From Macrostomum lignano (taxonomy: Eukaryota), in the NCBI GenBank assembly GCA_002269645.1, contig NIVC01000459.1, positions 248,001 through 312,000 of the forward strand: a DNA stretch of 64,000 nucleotides, in the 5' to 3' direction. Below are positions 27,919-41,785 of the stretch, piece after piece; the stretch's first letter is position 1, and each line of letters begins with the position of its first letter. The translations under genes were made by a program, and so were the position numbers. The notes beneath the pieces were generated by a model. It worked only from the letters and a program-made list of their open reading frames with translations. It was not told the origin of the DNA and made no database searches.

Positions 27919-30600
27919 AGTGTTAATAACACAGAAACCCCATCCCTCAGAGTGTTAATAACACAGAAACCCCATCCCTCAGTGTTAATAACACAGAAAC
28001 CCCATCCCTCAGAGTGTTAATAACACAGAAACCCCATCCCTCAGAGTGTTAATAACACAGAAACCCCATCCCTCAGAGTGTTAATAACACAGAAACCCCA
28101 TCCCTCAGAGTGTTAATAACACAGAAACCCCATCCCTCAGTGTTAATAACACAGAAACCCCATCCCTCAGAGTGTTAATAACACAGAAACCCCATCCCTT
28201 AGAGTGTTAATAACACAGAAACCCCATCCCTCAGAGTGTTAATAACACAGAAACCCCATCCCTTAGAGTGTTAATAACACAGAAACCCCATCCCTCAGAG
28301 TGTTAATAACACAGAAACACCATCCCTTAGAGTGTTAATAACACAGAAACCCCATCCCTTAGAGTGTTAATAACACAGAAACCCCATCCCTCAGAGTGTT
28401 AATAACACAGAAACCCCATCCCTCAGAGTGTTAATAACACAGAAACCCCATCCCTCAGTGTTAATAACACAGAAACCCCATCCCTCAGAGTGTTAATAAC
28501 ACAGAAACCCCATCCCTCAGTGTTAATAACACAGAAACCCCATCCCTCAGTGTTAATAACACAGAAACCCCATCCCTCAGAGTGTTAATAACACAGAAAC
28601 CCCATCCCTCAGAGTGTTAATAACACAGAAACCCCATCCCTTAGAGTGTTAATAACACAGAAACCCCATCCCTCAGAGTGTTAATAACACAGAAACCCCA
28701 TCCCTTAGAGTGTTAATAACACAGAAACCCCATCCCTCAGAGTGTTAATAACACAGAAACACCATCCCTTAGAGTGTTAATAACACAGAAACCCCATCCC
28801 TTAGAGTGTTAATAACACAGAAACCCCATCCCTCAGAGTGTTAATAACACAGAAACCCCATCCCTCAGAGTGTTAATAACACAGAAACCCCATCCCTCAG
28901 TGTTAATAACACAGAAACCCCATCCCTCAGAGTGTTAATAACACAGAAACCCCATCCCTTAGAGTGTTAATAACACAGAAACCCCATCCCTCAGAGTGTT
29001 AATAACACAGAAACCCCATCCCTCAGTGTTAATAACACAGAAACCCCATCCCTCAGTGTTAATAACACAGAAACCCCATCCCTCAGAGTGTTAATAACAC
29101 AGAAACCCCATCCCTCAGAGTGTTAATAACACAGAAACCCCATCCCTTAGAGTGTTAATAACACAGAAACCCCATCCCTCAGAGTGTTAATAACACAGAA
29201 ACCCCATCCCTTAGAGTGTTAATAACACAGAAACCCCATCCCTTAGAGTGTTAATAACACAGAAACCCCATCCCTCAGAGTGTTAATAACACAGAAACCC
29301 CACCCCTCAGTGTTAATACACAGAAACCCCATCCCTCAGAGTGTTAATAACACAGAAACCCCATCCCTCAGAGTGTTAATAACACAGAAACCCCATCCCT
29401 TAGAGTGTTAATAACACAGAAACCCCATCCCTCAGAGTGTTAATAACACAGAAACCCCATCCCTCAGTGTTAATAACACAGAAACCCCATCCCTCAGAGT
29501 GTTAATAACACAGAAACCCCATCCCTCAGAGTGTTAATAACACAGAAACCCCATCCCTCAGAGTGTTAATAACACAGAAACCCCATCCCTCAGTGTTAAT
29601 AACACAGAAACCCCATCCCTCAGTGTTAATAACACAGAAACCCCATCCCTCAGTGTTAATAACACAGAAACCCCATCCCTCAGAGTGTTAATAACACAGA
29701 AACCCCATCCCTTAGAGTGTTAATAACACAGAAACCCCATCCCTCAGAGTGTTAATAACACAGAAACCCCATCCCTCAGAGTGTTAATAACACAGAAACC
29801 CCATCCCTTAGAGTGTTAATAACACAGAAACCCCATCCCTTAGAGTGTTAATAACACAGAAACCCCATCCCTTAGAGTGTTAATAACACAGAAACCCCAT
29901 CCCTCAGTGTTAATAACACAGAAACCCCATCCCTTAGAGTGTTAATAACACAGAAACCCCATCCCTTAGAGTGTTAATAACACAGAAACCCCATCCCTTA
30001 GAGTGTTAATAACACAGAAACCCCATCCCTCAGAGTGTTAATAACACAGAAACCCCATCCCTCAGAGTGTTAATAACACAGAAACCCCATCCCTCAGTGT
30101 TAATAACACAGAAACCCCATCCCTCAGAGTGTTAATAACACAGAAACCCCACCCCTCAGTGTTAATACACAGAAACCCCATCCCTCAGAGTGTTAATAAC
30201 ACAGAAACCCCATCCCTCAGAGTGTTAATAACACAGAAACCCCATCCCTTAGAGTGTTAATAACACAGAAACCCCATCCCTCAGAGTGTTAATAACACAG
30301 AAACCCCATCCCTTAGAGTGTTAATAACACAGAAACCCCATCCCTTAGAGTGTTAATAACACAGAAACCCCATCCCTTAGAGTGTTAATAACACAGAAAC
30401 CCCATCCCTTAGAGTGTTAATAACACAGAAACCCCATCCTCTAGAATGCTAATAACACAGAAATGCCATCCTCTAGAATGCTAATAACACAGAAATGCCA
30501 TCCTCTAGAATGCTAATAACACAGAAATGCCATCCTCTAGAATGCTAATAACACAGAAATCCCATCCTCTAGAATGCTAATAACACAGAAATCCAATCGC
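27919..30600. repeat. 30-32-bp minisatellite GAGTGTTAATAACACAGAAACCCCATCCCTCA, about 2.7 kb
   Basis: About 85 contiguous copies with no unique spacers. Confidence 0.97.
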
Positions 30601-31189
30601 TTAGAATGTTATTAAAAATTCTAAAAAAGACCTAATCTGCATAACAAAATAAAACAAAGAATACAAGACAATCAATTCATTGATCACTGCATCCCATCGT
30701 GGGATGGCAGACCAGCAATTTAATTACAACAAGCCTATTATTATTATCTTATTATAATTAGATAACACATACAGATAGACAAATATTGTCGATTGAAGCA
30801 GATGACTTCATTGAAAACAGCGACAAGAAATGAAATTAAAATGACACAACAAAGGGGTTAAGCAAAACCAGAGTGGGTATAGAGATGAGTTTCTCGACCC
30901 CTGTTATAGGCGGATGCACATTATAATTGAACATTGGTTATTAAATATTATTTATACTTGAAGAAAAGCACAACGCGCCAAATTTGCTCAGCAATTCTCA
31001 GTCAACAAACGCCTGCGCAGTGAATTAATGGTATTTTTTCTGCGCAAAATATTCATTCTCTTTTTTATTGTTTCATTTTTTCAGTTGCTGTTGCTGCTTT
31101 GATTCTTCTTTTCTTGCACAATAATATTTTATTGTTTTTAACTCTTTTGTATCATTTTTTCGTTATTTTTTTTCAAGCTGAGCGACGAA

Positions 31190-34100
31190 TCAGTAGGGCG
31201 CGTACCAGTAAGGTGGTGGGCGGCGTCTGCAAGTGGTGATGAGCGTTGCAGCATACTCTAGAAATAATCAATACCTAATTGAATCTAATAAGCCAAATGC
31301 GACAAAAATGTAATAAAAAGATTCACAGCACCTGGGTAATTAAATGCAACTATTGTATAACTACTAACGTTGTAAATAAATACCGTATTGAAAATAAAAA
31401 TATGAAAGCACAATTTGGGATTGAAATCCATAATCTGATCACTGAGATCCCCAATCTGATCACTGAGATCCCCAATCTGATCACAGAGATACCCAATCTG
31501 AGCACTGAGATCCCCAATATGATCACCGAGATCGCCAATCTGATCACCTGAGATCGCCAATCTGATCACCTGGGATCCCCGATCTGATCACCGAGATCGC
31601 CAATCTGATCACCTGAGATCCCCAATCTGATCACCTGAGATTCCCAATCTGATCACCTGAGATCCCCAATCTGATCACCTGAGATCCCCAGTCAGATCAC
31701 CTGAGATCCCCAATATGATCACCGAGATCGCCAATCTGATCACCTGAGATTCCCAATCTGATCACCTGGGATCCCCAATCTGATCACCGAGATCGCCAAT
31801 CTGATCACCTGAGATCGCCAATCTGATCACCTGGGATCCCCGATCTGATCACCGAGATCGCCAATCTGATCACTGAGATCCCCAATCTGATCACCTGAGG
31901 TACCCAATCTGATCACTGAGATCCCCAATCTGATCACCTGAGATCCCCAGTCAGATCACCTGAGATCCCCAATCTGATCACTGAGATCCCCAATCTGATC
32001 ACCTGAGATCCCCAATCTGATCACCTGAGATCCCCAATCTGATCACAGAGATCCCCAATCTGATCACAGAGATACCCAATCTGATCACCTGAGATTCCCA
32101 ATCTGATCACCTGAGATTCCCAATCTGATCACCTGAGATCCCCAATCTGATCACTGAGATCCCCAATCTGATCACAGAGATACCCAATCTGATCACCTGA
32201 AATCCCCAATCTGATCACCGAGATCGCCAATCTGATCACCTGAGATTCCCAATCTGATCACCGAGATTGCCAATCTGATCACCTGAGATCCCCAATCTGA
32301 TCACCTGAGATCCCCAATCTGATCACCTGAGATCCCCAATCTGATCACCTGAGATCCCCAATCTGATCACCTGAGATCCCCAATCTGATCACCTGAGATC
32401 CCCAATCTGATCACCTGAGATCCCCAATCTGATCACTGAGATCCCAAATCTGATCACCTGAGATTCCCAATCTGATCACTGATCCCCAATCTGATCACCT
32501 GAGATCCCCAATCTGATCACCTGAGATCCCCAATCTGAGCACTGAGATCCCCAATCTGATCACCTGAGATCCCCAATCTGATCACCTGAGATCCCCAATC
32601 TGAGCACTGAGATCCCCAATCTGATCACCTGAGATCCCCAATCTGATCACCTGAGATCCCCAATCTGAGCACTGAGATCCCCAATCTGATCACCTGAGAT
32701 CCCCAATCTGAGCACTGAGATCCCCAATCTGATCACCTGAGATCCCCAATCTGAGCACTGAGATCCCTAATCTCATACCGCAATAGAGAATCGGATAGAC
32801 CCTATGATCACAATAATGGTGCACACTAATAGTACTCACTGTACTTTAGTCACAAACAGGTAATGCAAAGAATCGCAAACAAAGCCGAAGCCATCAACAT
32901 AACCGCAGAGCTCTCAGCATATTTATATACCTGAATCCGCGACCTCCCCGGGGCGCCATACCGGACCCGCCGTACATTCGGGCCATGCGACCGCGGAATC
33001 GGCCCCTCGGCGGCCGGTTAGTAACAGACATGCCGGGCGTGTTGGTTCGCTTAGCCATCACTTTGAGGGAACGATTGCGGAACAGGCTCTCGTCTAGGGC
33101 GAGGGCCGCCTCTACAGAGTCTTTCTCGGCGAATTCCACGTAGGCGAAACCTTTGGGCTGGCCTGCGACAATTGGGATTATAGTCATTTGGTGCTACTGG
33201 TTAGTAGTGTAATATTTGCAGCAGAAAATCGTCTCACAACAAGAGCTGACAGCAATTCCACCCTCAGTACGCAGGCACGCATTCATGCACACGCTCACAC
33301 AGGGTGTACACCGGCCCTGACTGTCTAATCGTCAGGCATGTACACTATGTGCCTTGGGGGCTGCATAATGTGCCACAACGATGATGTACACAATGATGAT
33401 GTACACACGTGCTTAATGTGCCACACTGATAATGTACACACGTGCTTAATGTGCCACACTGATAATGTACACACGTGCTCGATGTGCCAAACTGATGATG
33501 TACACACGTGCTTAATGTGCCAAACTGATGATGTACACACGTGCTTAATGTGCCACACTGATGATGTACACACGTGCTTAATGTGCCAAACTGATGATGT
33601 ACACACGTGCTTAATGTGCCACACTGATGATGTACACACGTGCTTAATGTGCCACACTGATAATGTACACACGTGCTTAATGTGCCACACTGATGATGTA
33701 CACGCATGCTCAATGTGCCACACTGATAAATGTACACACATGCTCAATGTGCCACACTGATAAATGTACACACATGCTCAATGTGCCACACTGATGATGT
33801 ACACACATGCTCAATGTGCCACACTGATAAATGTACACACATGCTCAATGTGCCACACTGATAATGTACACACATGCTCAATGTGCCACACTGATAATGT
33901 ACACACATGCTCAATGTGCCACACTGATACGAGCTAAATGTACACACATGCTCAATGTGCCACACTGATAATGTACACACATGCTCAATGTGCCACACTG
34001 ATAAATGTACACACATGCTCAATGTGCCACACTGATGATGTACACACATGCTCAATGTACATACGTGCTCGATTTATCAGACAATGTTCCCACACCAGAG

Positions 34101-34534
34101 GGACTCGAACCCCATGCCGCACCTGTATACTTATTGCACAGGATAGTAATCCTGTTAATAGCGCCGCAGGAATGAAAATGCGTCTCCAACTCCTCAGCCG
34201 TGGCTCCGTAATCGACGTTGCCAACGTAAACTGAGCGCGAGTCCGTATCTAAGCGCTCCTCGTCTGTTAACACGGCGGTTGGCATAGCAACAGACGAGCC
34301 GGCCATGGGCTTCTCCATGTCTGACTGCATCATGCGCAGCCGCTCCGCCTCGGCTTCCATCTCGCGCACCTTCTGCCTGATGCTCTCCAGCTCGGGGTCG
34401 TCCCGCAGCTCGGTGTCTTCATCACCGGCCGCCGCTCGTCCACCGCCGCCGCCGCTAGCTTCGTTCGAAGTCTTCTGTTGCTGCTGCTCGTCATCGAATT
34501 CGCTGGAGTTCTCCTCAAACAGGAGGTCGGCCAT
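31190..34534 (-). CDS. PABPN1: Nuclear poly(A)-binding protein PABPN1/PABP2, 226 aa
   Basis: Exons 34534-34123, 33162-32931 and 31226-31190, phase-consistent. Coiled coil [45 protein letters not shown]...[10 protein letters not shown]-rich tail and terminal WYAPY*. Confidence 0.96.
31430..32770. repeat. 21-22-bp minisatellite GAGATCCCCAATCTGATCACCT, in PABPN1 intron 2
   Basis: About 60 tandem copies. Confidence 0.95.
33365..34060. repeat. 33-bp minisatellite CACACTGATGATGTACACACGTGCTTAATGTGC, in PABPN1 intron 1
   Basis: About 20 copies in two sub-variants. Confidence 0.93.
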
Positions 34535-34619
34535 GGCATGAATGGTCGGGTTTGGGTATCGCTTCGTTGTTTTATACTACACTAAAGATAGTCCTCCGAT
34601 TAAACTAGCTTGAAGCTGT

Positions 34620-35320
34620 AACTCCCCCTGACACTGCTGGAACTCCCATCTGACACTGCTGGAACTCCCATCTGACACAGCTGGAACTCCCATCTGACAC
34701 AGCTGGAACTCCCATCTGACACAGCTGGAACTCCCATCTGACACTGCTGGAACTCCCATCTGACACAGCTGGAACTCCCATCTGACACAGCTGGAACTCC
34801 CATCTGACACAGCTGGAACTCCCATCTGACACAGCTGGAACTCCCATCTGACACAGCTGGAACTCCCATCTGACACAGCTGGAACTCCCATCTGACACTG
34901 CTGGAACTCCCATCCATCTGACACTGCTGGAACTCCCATCTGACACTGCTGGAACTCCCATCTGACACAGCTGGAACTCCCATCTGACACTGCTGGAACT
35001 CCCATCTGACACAGCTGGAACTCCCATCTGACACTGCTGGAACTCACATCTGACACTGCTGGAACTCCCATCTGACACAGCTGGAACTCCCATCTGACAC
35101 TGCTGGAACTCCCATCTGACACAGCTGGAACTCTCATCTGACACTGCTGGAACTCCCATGTGACACTGCTGGAACTCCCATCTGACACTGCTGGAACTCC
35201 CATCTGACACTGCTGGAACTCCCATCTGACACTGCTGGAACTCCCATCTGACACTGCTGGAACTCCCATCTGACACTGCTCGAACTCCCATCTGACACAG
35301 CTGGAACTCCCATCTGACAG
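34620..35320. repeat. 22-bp minisatellite GACACAGCTGGAACTCCCATCT
   Basis: About 31 copies upstream of PABPN1. Confidence 0.95.
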
Positions 35321-35923
35321 CTACAAATCTGGCCATTTACAGGAATGTCTAGAATGGATTCTTGGAACTTGGAACCCCACAAGACAAAAAACAGCAAAAA
35401 AATTGCAGCCCACCATACGAGAAAAAATTTATTAATAATCGACGTATGAATGTTTATTATGTTATTAATATGTAATATTTTGCTGATGTCCAGTTATTGG
35501 CATATTTTATGAAACAAATAATAGACAAAAAATAAAGTGCGATTTATGATATGGGGTAGCAAAGTGAATAATAAATAATAGCAAATAATAGTTGTAGCGT
35601 AAAGTACAAATGCTTTTGAATAATTTTGTTGCACATATTTCTTCACTGCAGATATATACGCGAAGAGGAGTATATATGAAAAAAGCTGATAGAATGAGCG
35701 AAAGCAAAAAAAGTCAATTAGAAATGATGAAGACGGAAACTAGCAATTGATCAATGGATAGACAGAATATGAGCTATATAAAATGCAACAGAAAATTGTA
35801 TAATAAAGAGGGGTTTCTAATTACATAATTGAGCTAAATTAATTGAGCAGGGTGATTAAAATATAAATAAACGCACTTGTTATACTGGTCATAAATCAAG
35901 TTGCACAGTGCCGCAACCAACTG

Positions 35924-36570
35924 TCACAGGATTCTATCAATGTCGAAACAGATCGCCACTCGATCCTCGTCAACATCATTGTCCAGACTGTCGCTGCTGC
36001 CCAGGCTGGACTGCCGATAGCCCTTCCGACGACGACAGCCGCTTCTAGTTGGCGACTCGTCCCAGTGATGCCCGCCAGGCGACTCTGAAGACGAGGGCGA
36101 CGGCGGCGGTACATTCTCCTTGTTGTCGGAGACCAGCGGCTGCGGCGACTGGTCGATAGTTGCCAGACGGCCGCGGAACGGCAGGCCGCCGGGACAGCCG
36201 GCGGAGCCGATGCGACCCAACAGGCGGAGCCAGTCAGCCGTGTCGGGCAGAAATTCCCACTCGTAGGGAGCCTCAAATTCGGCTGGATCTGGCGGCGGCT
36301 TCTCAACTGGAGGCGGTGGGTGAACAGCTGCAGCCGCGGCCTGATTGGCTGACGGCTTTGCAGCTGCAGCCGGGCCCGACGGCTTGGAGACGTTTGTACT
36401 GTTATTATCGTTTCGGTTGCTAAGCAACGCCAGGCCGGTGCGAGGCGTAGCCGGAGTGGCTGGCTGCTGCTCATTCTGTTGGAAGATCTTGGCCCGGGGA
36501 AGCTGGCGGTGAACGGGGTGTTCCTGACCGCACCTGGAGCCAGCTGGGTGTTCATTGTTGATTGATGGAG
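35924..36570 (-). CDS. Terminal coding exon of an uncharacterised, largely low-complexity protein
   Basis: Acceptor TTTCTGGTTCCAG| at 36571, phase 1, then 215 open codons to the stop at 35924. GC-rich island within AT-rich flanks. Upstream exons were not found. Confidence 0.6.
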
Positions 36571-36729
36571 CTGGAACCAGAAATTATTAATAAATATTAA
36601 TTTAGGCAGCTAGGTGAATTGCGCAACAAAGCCTTATGTAATTAGTTTTAAAATGAGGATATAAGATGACACATGATGGCCGTTGCTTTAGGGATACTCA
36701 AATGGTTGACGATTTCATGGACTAGTTTA

Positions 36730-37318
36730 TTGGCGATCCAATGGGTTGGTTTAAGGGCGATACAATGGGTTGGTTTATGGGCGATACAATGGGTTGGTTT
36801 ATGGGCGATACAATGGGTTGGTTTATTGGCAATCTAACGGGTTTGTTTTTGGGCAATCCAAAGGGTTTGTTTTTGGGCAATCCAAAGGGTTGGTTCAAGG
36901 GCGATCCAATGGGTTGGTTTATGGGCGATCCAATGGGTTGGTTTATTGGCAATCCAACGGGTTTGTTTTTGGGCAATCCAAAGGGTTTGTTTTTGGGCAA
37001 TCCAAAGGGTTGGTTCAAGGGCGATCCAATGGGTTGGTTTATTGGCAATCTAACGGGTTTGTTTTTGGGCAATCCAAAGGGTTTGTTTTTGGGCAATCCA
37101 AAGGGTTGGTTCAAGGGCGATCCAATGGGTTGGTTTATGGGCGATCCAATGGGTTGGTTTATTGGCAATCCAACGGGTTTGTTTTTGGGCAATCCAAAGG
37201 GTTGGTTCAAGGGCGATCCAATGGGTTGGTTTAAGGGCGATACAGTGGGTTGGTTTATTGATGATACAATGGTTGGTTTATTGGTGATACAATGGGTTGG
37301 TTTATTGGCGATCCAGTG
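36730..37318. repeat. 24-bp minisatellite with two alternating unit types (GGCGATCCAATGGGTTGGTTTAT / GGCAATCCAAAGGGTTTGTTTTTG)
   Basis: Tandem copies with a higher-order pattern. Confidence 0.9.
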
Positions 37319-37914
37319 ATCGTTTGAAAATATGTGTAACCGTTATTTTATTTTAAATAAAATAGGAGCTAGCCGAGACAAAAAAAAAAAAAACATAAAA
37401 CTGAAAGATTCCGAAGGCTTACACGTATAACCCTTGCAGAACAGATATGGTAGAGTGAATGACTAAATTAATAGCTAATGAGTCTGACACTTTTTTTAAC
37501 TTAAATTCAACGCTAACCAAAATACCAAATGAATAGCATTGACGATGTCATTTATACTGCTATCAATTACGACAAATTTCTGCACATATAAGTTCTCGTC
37601 GCTTATGTATGTACATATTTCTAGCGATTCAGCCTCCAACCCACCAACGAAACTATAATTGTCGTATACAATTGGTTGGCTGATCTGGAAGGCAAACAAA
37701 ACTTGATAAATGTACATTGCATTGTACATTTACCCTCGGATTTGGTTAGCGCAGCCACCCAGCCACCCCCGCCTATACGGGCTGAGCTAATTAAGCAATT
37801 ATTGACTATTGTAGCCTTTGATGGGCGCACTAAAATCAGGGGGGGGGTTCATATCTCCGACAAATCAGTTTAGCTAGATGTTTCGACAAGCTTGCCAGAG
37901 ATATGAAGTGTCGG

Positions 37915-39835
37915 AGAGATGGAATGTAGGAGATAAGAAATGTCGGAGCTATAAAAGAGGTGCCGTCGGAGATAAGAAATGTCGGAGCTATAAAAGAGGT
38001 CCCGTAGGAGATAAGAAATGTCGGAGCTATAAAAGAGGTGCCGTCGGAGATAAGAAATGTCGGAGCTATAGAAAGAGGTGCTGTCGCAGATAAGAAATGT
38101 CGGAGCTATAAAAGAGGTGCTGTCGGATCGATAAGAAATGTCGGAGCTATAAAAGAGGTGCTGTCGGAGATAAGAAACGTTGGAGCTATAAGAGGTGCCG
38201 TCGGATCGATAAGAAACGTCGGAGCTATGGAAAGAGGTGCTGTCAGAGATAAGAAATGTCGGAGCTATAAAAGAGGTCCTGTCGCGGATAAGAAATGTCG
38301 GAGCTATAAAAGAGGTCCCGTCGGAGATAAGAAATGTCGGAGCTATAAAAGAGGTCCTGTCGCGGATAAGAAATGTCGGAGCTATAAAAGAGGTCCCGTC
38401 GGAGATAAGAAATGTCGGAGCTATAAAAGAGGTCCTGTCGCAGATAAGAAATGTCGGAGCTATAAAAGAGGTGCTGTCGCAGATAAGAAATGTCGGAGCT
38501 ATAGAAAGAGGTGCTGTAGGATCGATAAGAAATGTCGGAGCTATAAAAAGAGGTGCTGTCGGAGATAAGAAACGTCGGAGCTATAAAAGAGGTGCTGTCG
38601 CAGATAAGAAATGTCGGAGCTATAAAAGAGGTCCCGTCGGAGATAAGAAATGTCGGAGCTATAAAAGAGGTGCTGTCGGAGATAAGAAATATCGGAGCTA
38701 TAAAAGAGGTCCTGTCGCAGATAAGAAATGTCGGAGCTATAAAAGAGGTCCCGTCGGAGATAAGAAATGTCGGAGCTATAAAAGAGGTCCTGTCGGAGAT
38801 AAGAAATGTCGGAGCTATAAAAGAGGTCCCGTCGGAGATAAGAAATGTCGGAGCTATAAAAGAGGTGCTGTCGGAGATAAGAAATGTCGGAGCTATAAAA
38901 GAGGTGCCGTCGGAGATAAGAAATGTCGGAGCTATAAAAGAGGTGCTGTCGGATCGATAAGAAATGTCGGAGCTATAAAAGAGGTGCTGTCGGATCGATA
39001 AGAAATGTCGGAGCTATAAAAAGAGGTGCCGTCGGATCGATAAGAAACGTCGGAGCTATAGAAAGAGGTGCTGTCGGATCGATAAGAAATGTCGGAGCTA
39101 TAAAAGAGGTGCTGTCGGATCGATAAGAAATGTCGGAGCTATAAAAGAGGTGCTGTCAGAGATAAGAAATGTCGGAGCTATAAAAGAGGTGCTGTCGGAT
39201 CGATAAGAAACGTCGGAGCTATAGAAAGAGGTGCTGTCGGATCGATAAGAAATGTCGGAGCTATAAAAGAGGTGCTGTCGGATCGATAAGAAATGTCGGA
39301 GCTATAAAAGAGGTGCTGTCAGAGATAAGAAATGTCGGAGCTATAAAAGAGGTGCTGTCGGATCGATAAGAAATGTCGGAGCTATAAAAAGAGGTGCCGT
39401 CGGATCGATAAGAAATGTCGGAGCTATAAAAAGAGGTGCTGTCGGATCGATAAGAAATGTCGGAGCTATAAAAGAGGTGCTGTCGGATCGATAAGAAATG
39501 TCGGAGCTATAAAAGAGGTGCTGTCAGAGATAAGAAATGTCGGAGCTATAAAAGAGGTGCTGTCGGATCGATAAGAAACGTCGGAGCTATAGAAAGAGGT
39601 GCTGTCGGATCGATAAGAAATGTCGGAGCTATAAAAGAGGTGCTGTCGGATCGATAAGAAATGTCGGAGCTATAAAAGAGGTGCTGTCAGAGATAAGAAA
39701 TGTCGGAGCTATAAAAGAGGTGCTGTCGGATCGATAAGAAATGTCGGAGCTATAAAAAGAGGTGCCGTCGGATCGATAAGAAATGTCGGAGCTATAAAAG
39801 AGGTGCTGTCAGAGATAAGAAATGTCGGAGCTATG
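37915..39835. repeat. 39-41-bp minisatellite GATAAGAAATGTCGGAGCTATAAAAGAGGTGCTGTCGGA(TC)
   Basis: About 48 tandem copies. Confidence 0.95.
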
Positions 39836-40904
39836 AAATTTTGGAGATATGAAAGCGCCTTCTAAACCATAATAAAACAAAAAAGCTTACAATCGAAAAC
39901 CTACAATTAGGATAATCTTAAACATATAAAATAAAAAACAAACGAAGATGGTTGCTTATTTGAGTCAAAACATACATTTGACAAATGATTAACTATATAA
40001 TAGATTTTTTCAAATTAAACTTCATTTTTTGTTTCTTTGATTCAGCAAATTAGGAGGTGAGGGCAATTGAAAAAGTTGTTTATTTACGTAGAGATAAGCA
40101 GTTAGAATGGCCTGTTTTAACAAGGCAAGGGGCACGCACAGAGAACACAGACACACACACGAGTACACAGAGCAAGCATTGATTGGCGCATTGAATGGGG
40201 TTGGTTAATAACTTGAAACTACTAACAGTAGGTAATTTAGGATGCAAAAAAGTAAACTGACAAAATTATTATTTTCTTGATTGCTTTTGATTCTGACGAA
40301 GCATGCAACTATTGATTAATTATGTATCAATATTACCTGGTTAGTTACTTCATAGAATTCCTATATTTAAAACAATGAGCCGACATGGATAGGCGGTTAC
40401 ATAATCAATTTGTTTTAATTTTTCTAGAAAAAACGGGAAGAAAGAATCAAAATTTAACCGGATATGAAACGAAAGCAAGCAGGCCATAAAAACAGTATAA
40501 ATAATATATTGCTAAGTAATTAATTAATTTTAAACTATTTGGAATTAGTGAATGCTGTGGAATTTGTTGAATAGCGATAGCCTGATCTTATTACTAGTAT
40601 TAGTACGATACAGTACAATAGTTAAGTAACCTTTGATGCAGATAGGATACTTTTTTGCTTAATGCTTCAAATTTAATTTATTAAAAATGTAGTATAAATA
40701 ATTAGTTATTAAACCAATTAAACAAGCGCTCGTAAACACAATGGATAAGTACAAAAATAAATACAGTTAAAATTATTAGTGTGAATGAGTACTCGTAATT
40801 AGTTTTATAATGGAGAATTATTCAATAATTACTCAACGTAGGCTTCTCGAGTAAAAATAAGAACCTTATTTGGGATTGAGCTGGATCTGGAAATCTGCGA
40901 AGGC

Positions 40905-41652
40905 GGCCCAGCAACTGAGGATCTGGGAGCCTTGCCCAGAAACTGAGGATCTGGGAGGCTGGCCCAGCAACTGAGGATCTGGGAGAGGCTGGCTCAGCAA
41001 CTGAGGATCTGGGAGGCTGGCCCAGCAACTGAGGATATGGGAGAGGCTGGCCCAGAAACTAAGGATCTGGGAGGCTGGCCCAGCAACTGAGGATCTGGGA
41101 GAGGCTGGCCCAGCAACTGAGGATCTGGGAGAGGCTGGCCCAGCAACTGAGGATCTGGGAGAGGCTGGCCCAGCAACTGAGGATCTGGGAGAGGCTGGCC
41201 CAGCAACTGAGGATCTGGGAGAGGCTGGCCCAGCAACTGAGGATCTGGGAGAGGCTGGCCCAGCAACTGAGGATCTGGGAGAGGCTGGCCCAGCAACTGA
41301 GGATCTGGGAGAGGCTGGCCCAGCAACTGAGGATCTGGGAGAGGCTGGCCCAGCAACTAAGGATCTGGGAGAGGCTGGCCCAGCAACTGAGGATCTGGGA
41401 GAGGCTGGCCCAGCAACTGAGGATCTGGGAGGCTGGCCTAGCAACTGAGGATCTGGGAGAGGCTGGCCCAGCAACTGAGGATCTGGGAGAGGCTGGCCCA
41501 GCAACTGAGGATCTGGGAGAGGCTGGCCCAGCAACTGAGGATCTGGGAGAGACTGGCCCAGCAACTGAGGATCTGGGAGAGGCTGGCCCAGCAACTGAGG
41601 ATCTGGGAGAGACTGGCCCAGCAACTGAGGATCTGGGAGAGACTGGCCCAGC
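40905..41652. repeat. 30-bp minisatellite GAGGCTGGCCCAGCAACTGAGGATCTGGGA
   Basis: About 25 copies just downstream of the cofilin stop. Confidence 0.95.
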
Positions 41653-41785
41653 CTCTACAATTGATTAAGGAATCCATCCTAACTACCTCTGCATATGAAC
41701 TTACCCAAAAACGCTAATCCCAAAGCACAAAAAGCCCCTATTTGCGTAAATTGATGACACGTAAAGCGTGCACAGTTATTAACTT

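Noticed and set aside
27919-30600. CRISPR-like 30-32-bp repeat array
   Set aside because: Units are directly contiguous with no unique spacers, the context is eukaryotic and there are no cas genes.
34095-34120. Perfect B-box GGTTCGAGTCC (minus strand) at the start of PABPN1 intron 1
   Set aside because: No A-box or cloverleaf upstream (that sequence is coding exon); likely chance or a tiny remnant.
37878-39001. Repetitive ORFs (DKKCRSYKRG)n and (EIRNVGAIKEV)n resembling repeat proteins
   Set aside because: The unit length varies from 39 to 41 bp and breaks frame repeatedly; it is a minisatellite, not a maintained CDS.
40822-41677. Minus-strand ORFs ([10 protein letters not shown])n next to cofilin
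   Set aside because: A 30-bp repeat open in multiple frames with 28-bp variants causing shifts; no credible start or splice linkage.
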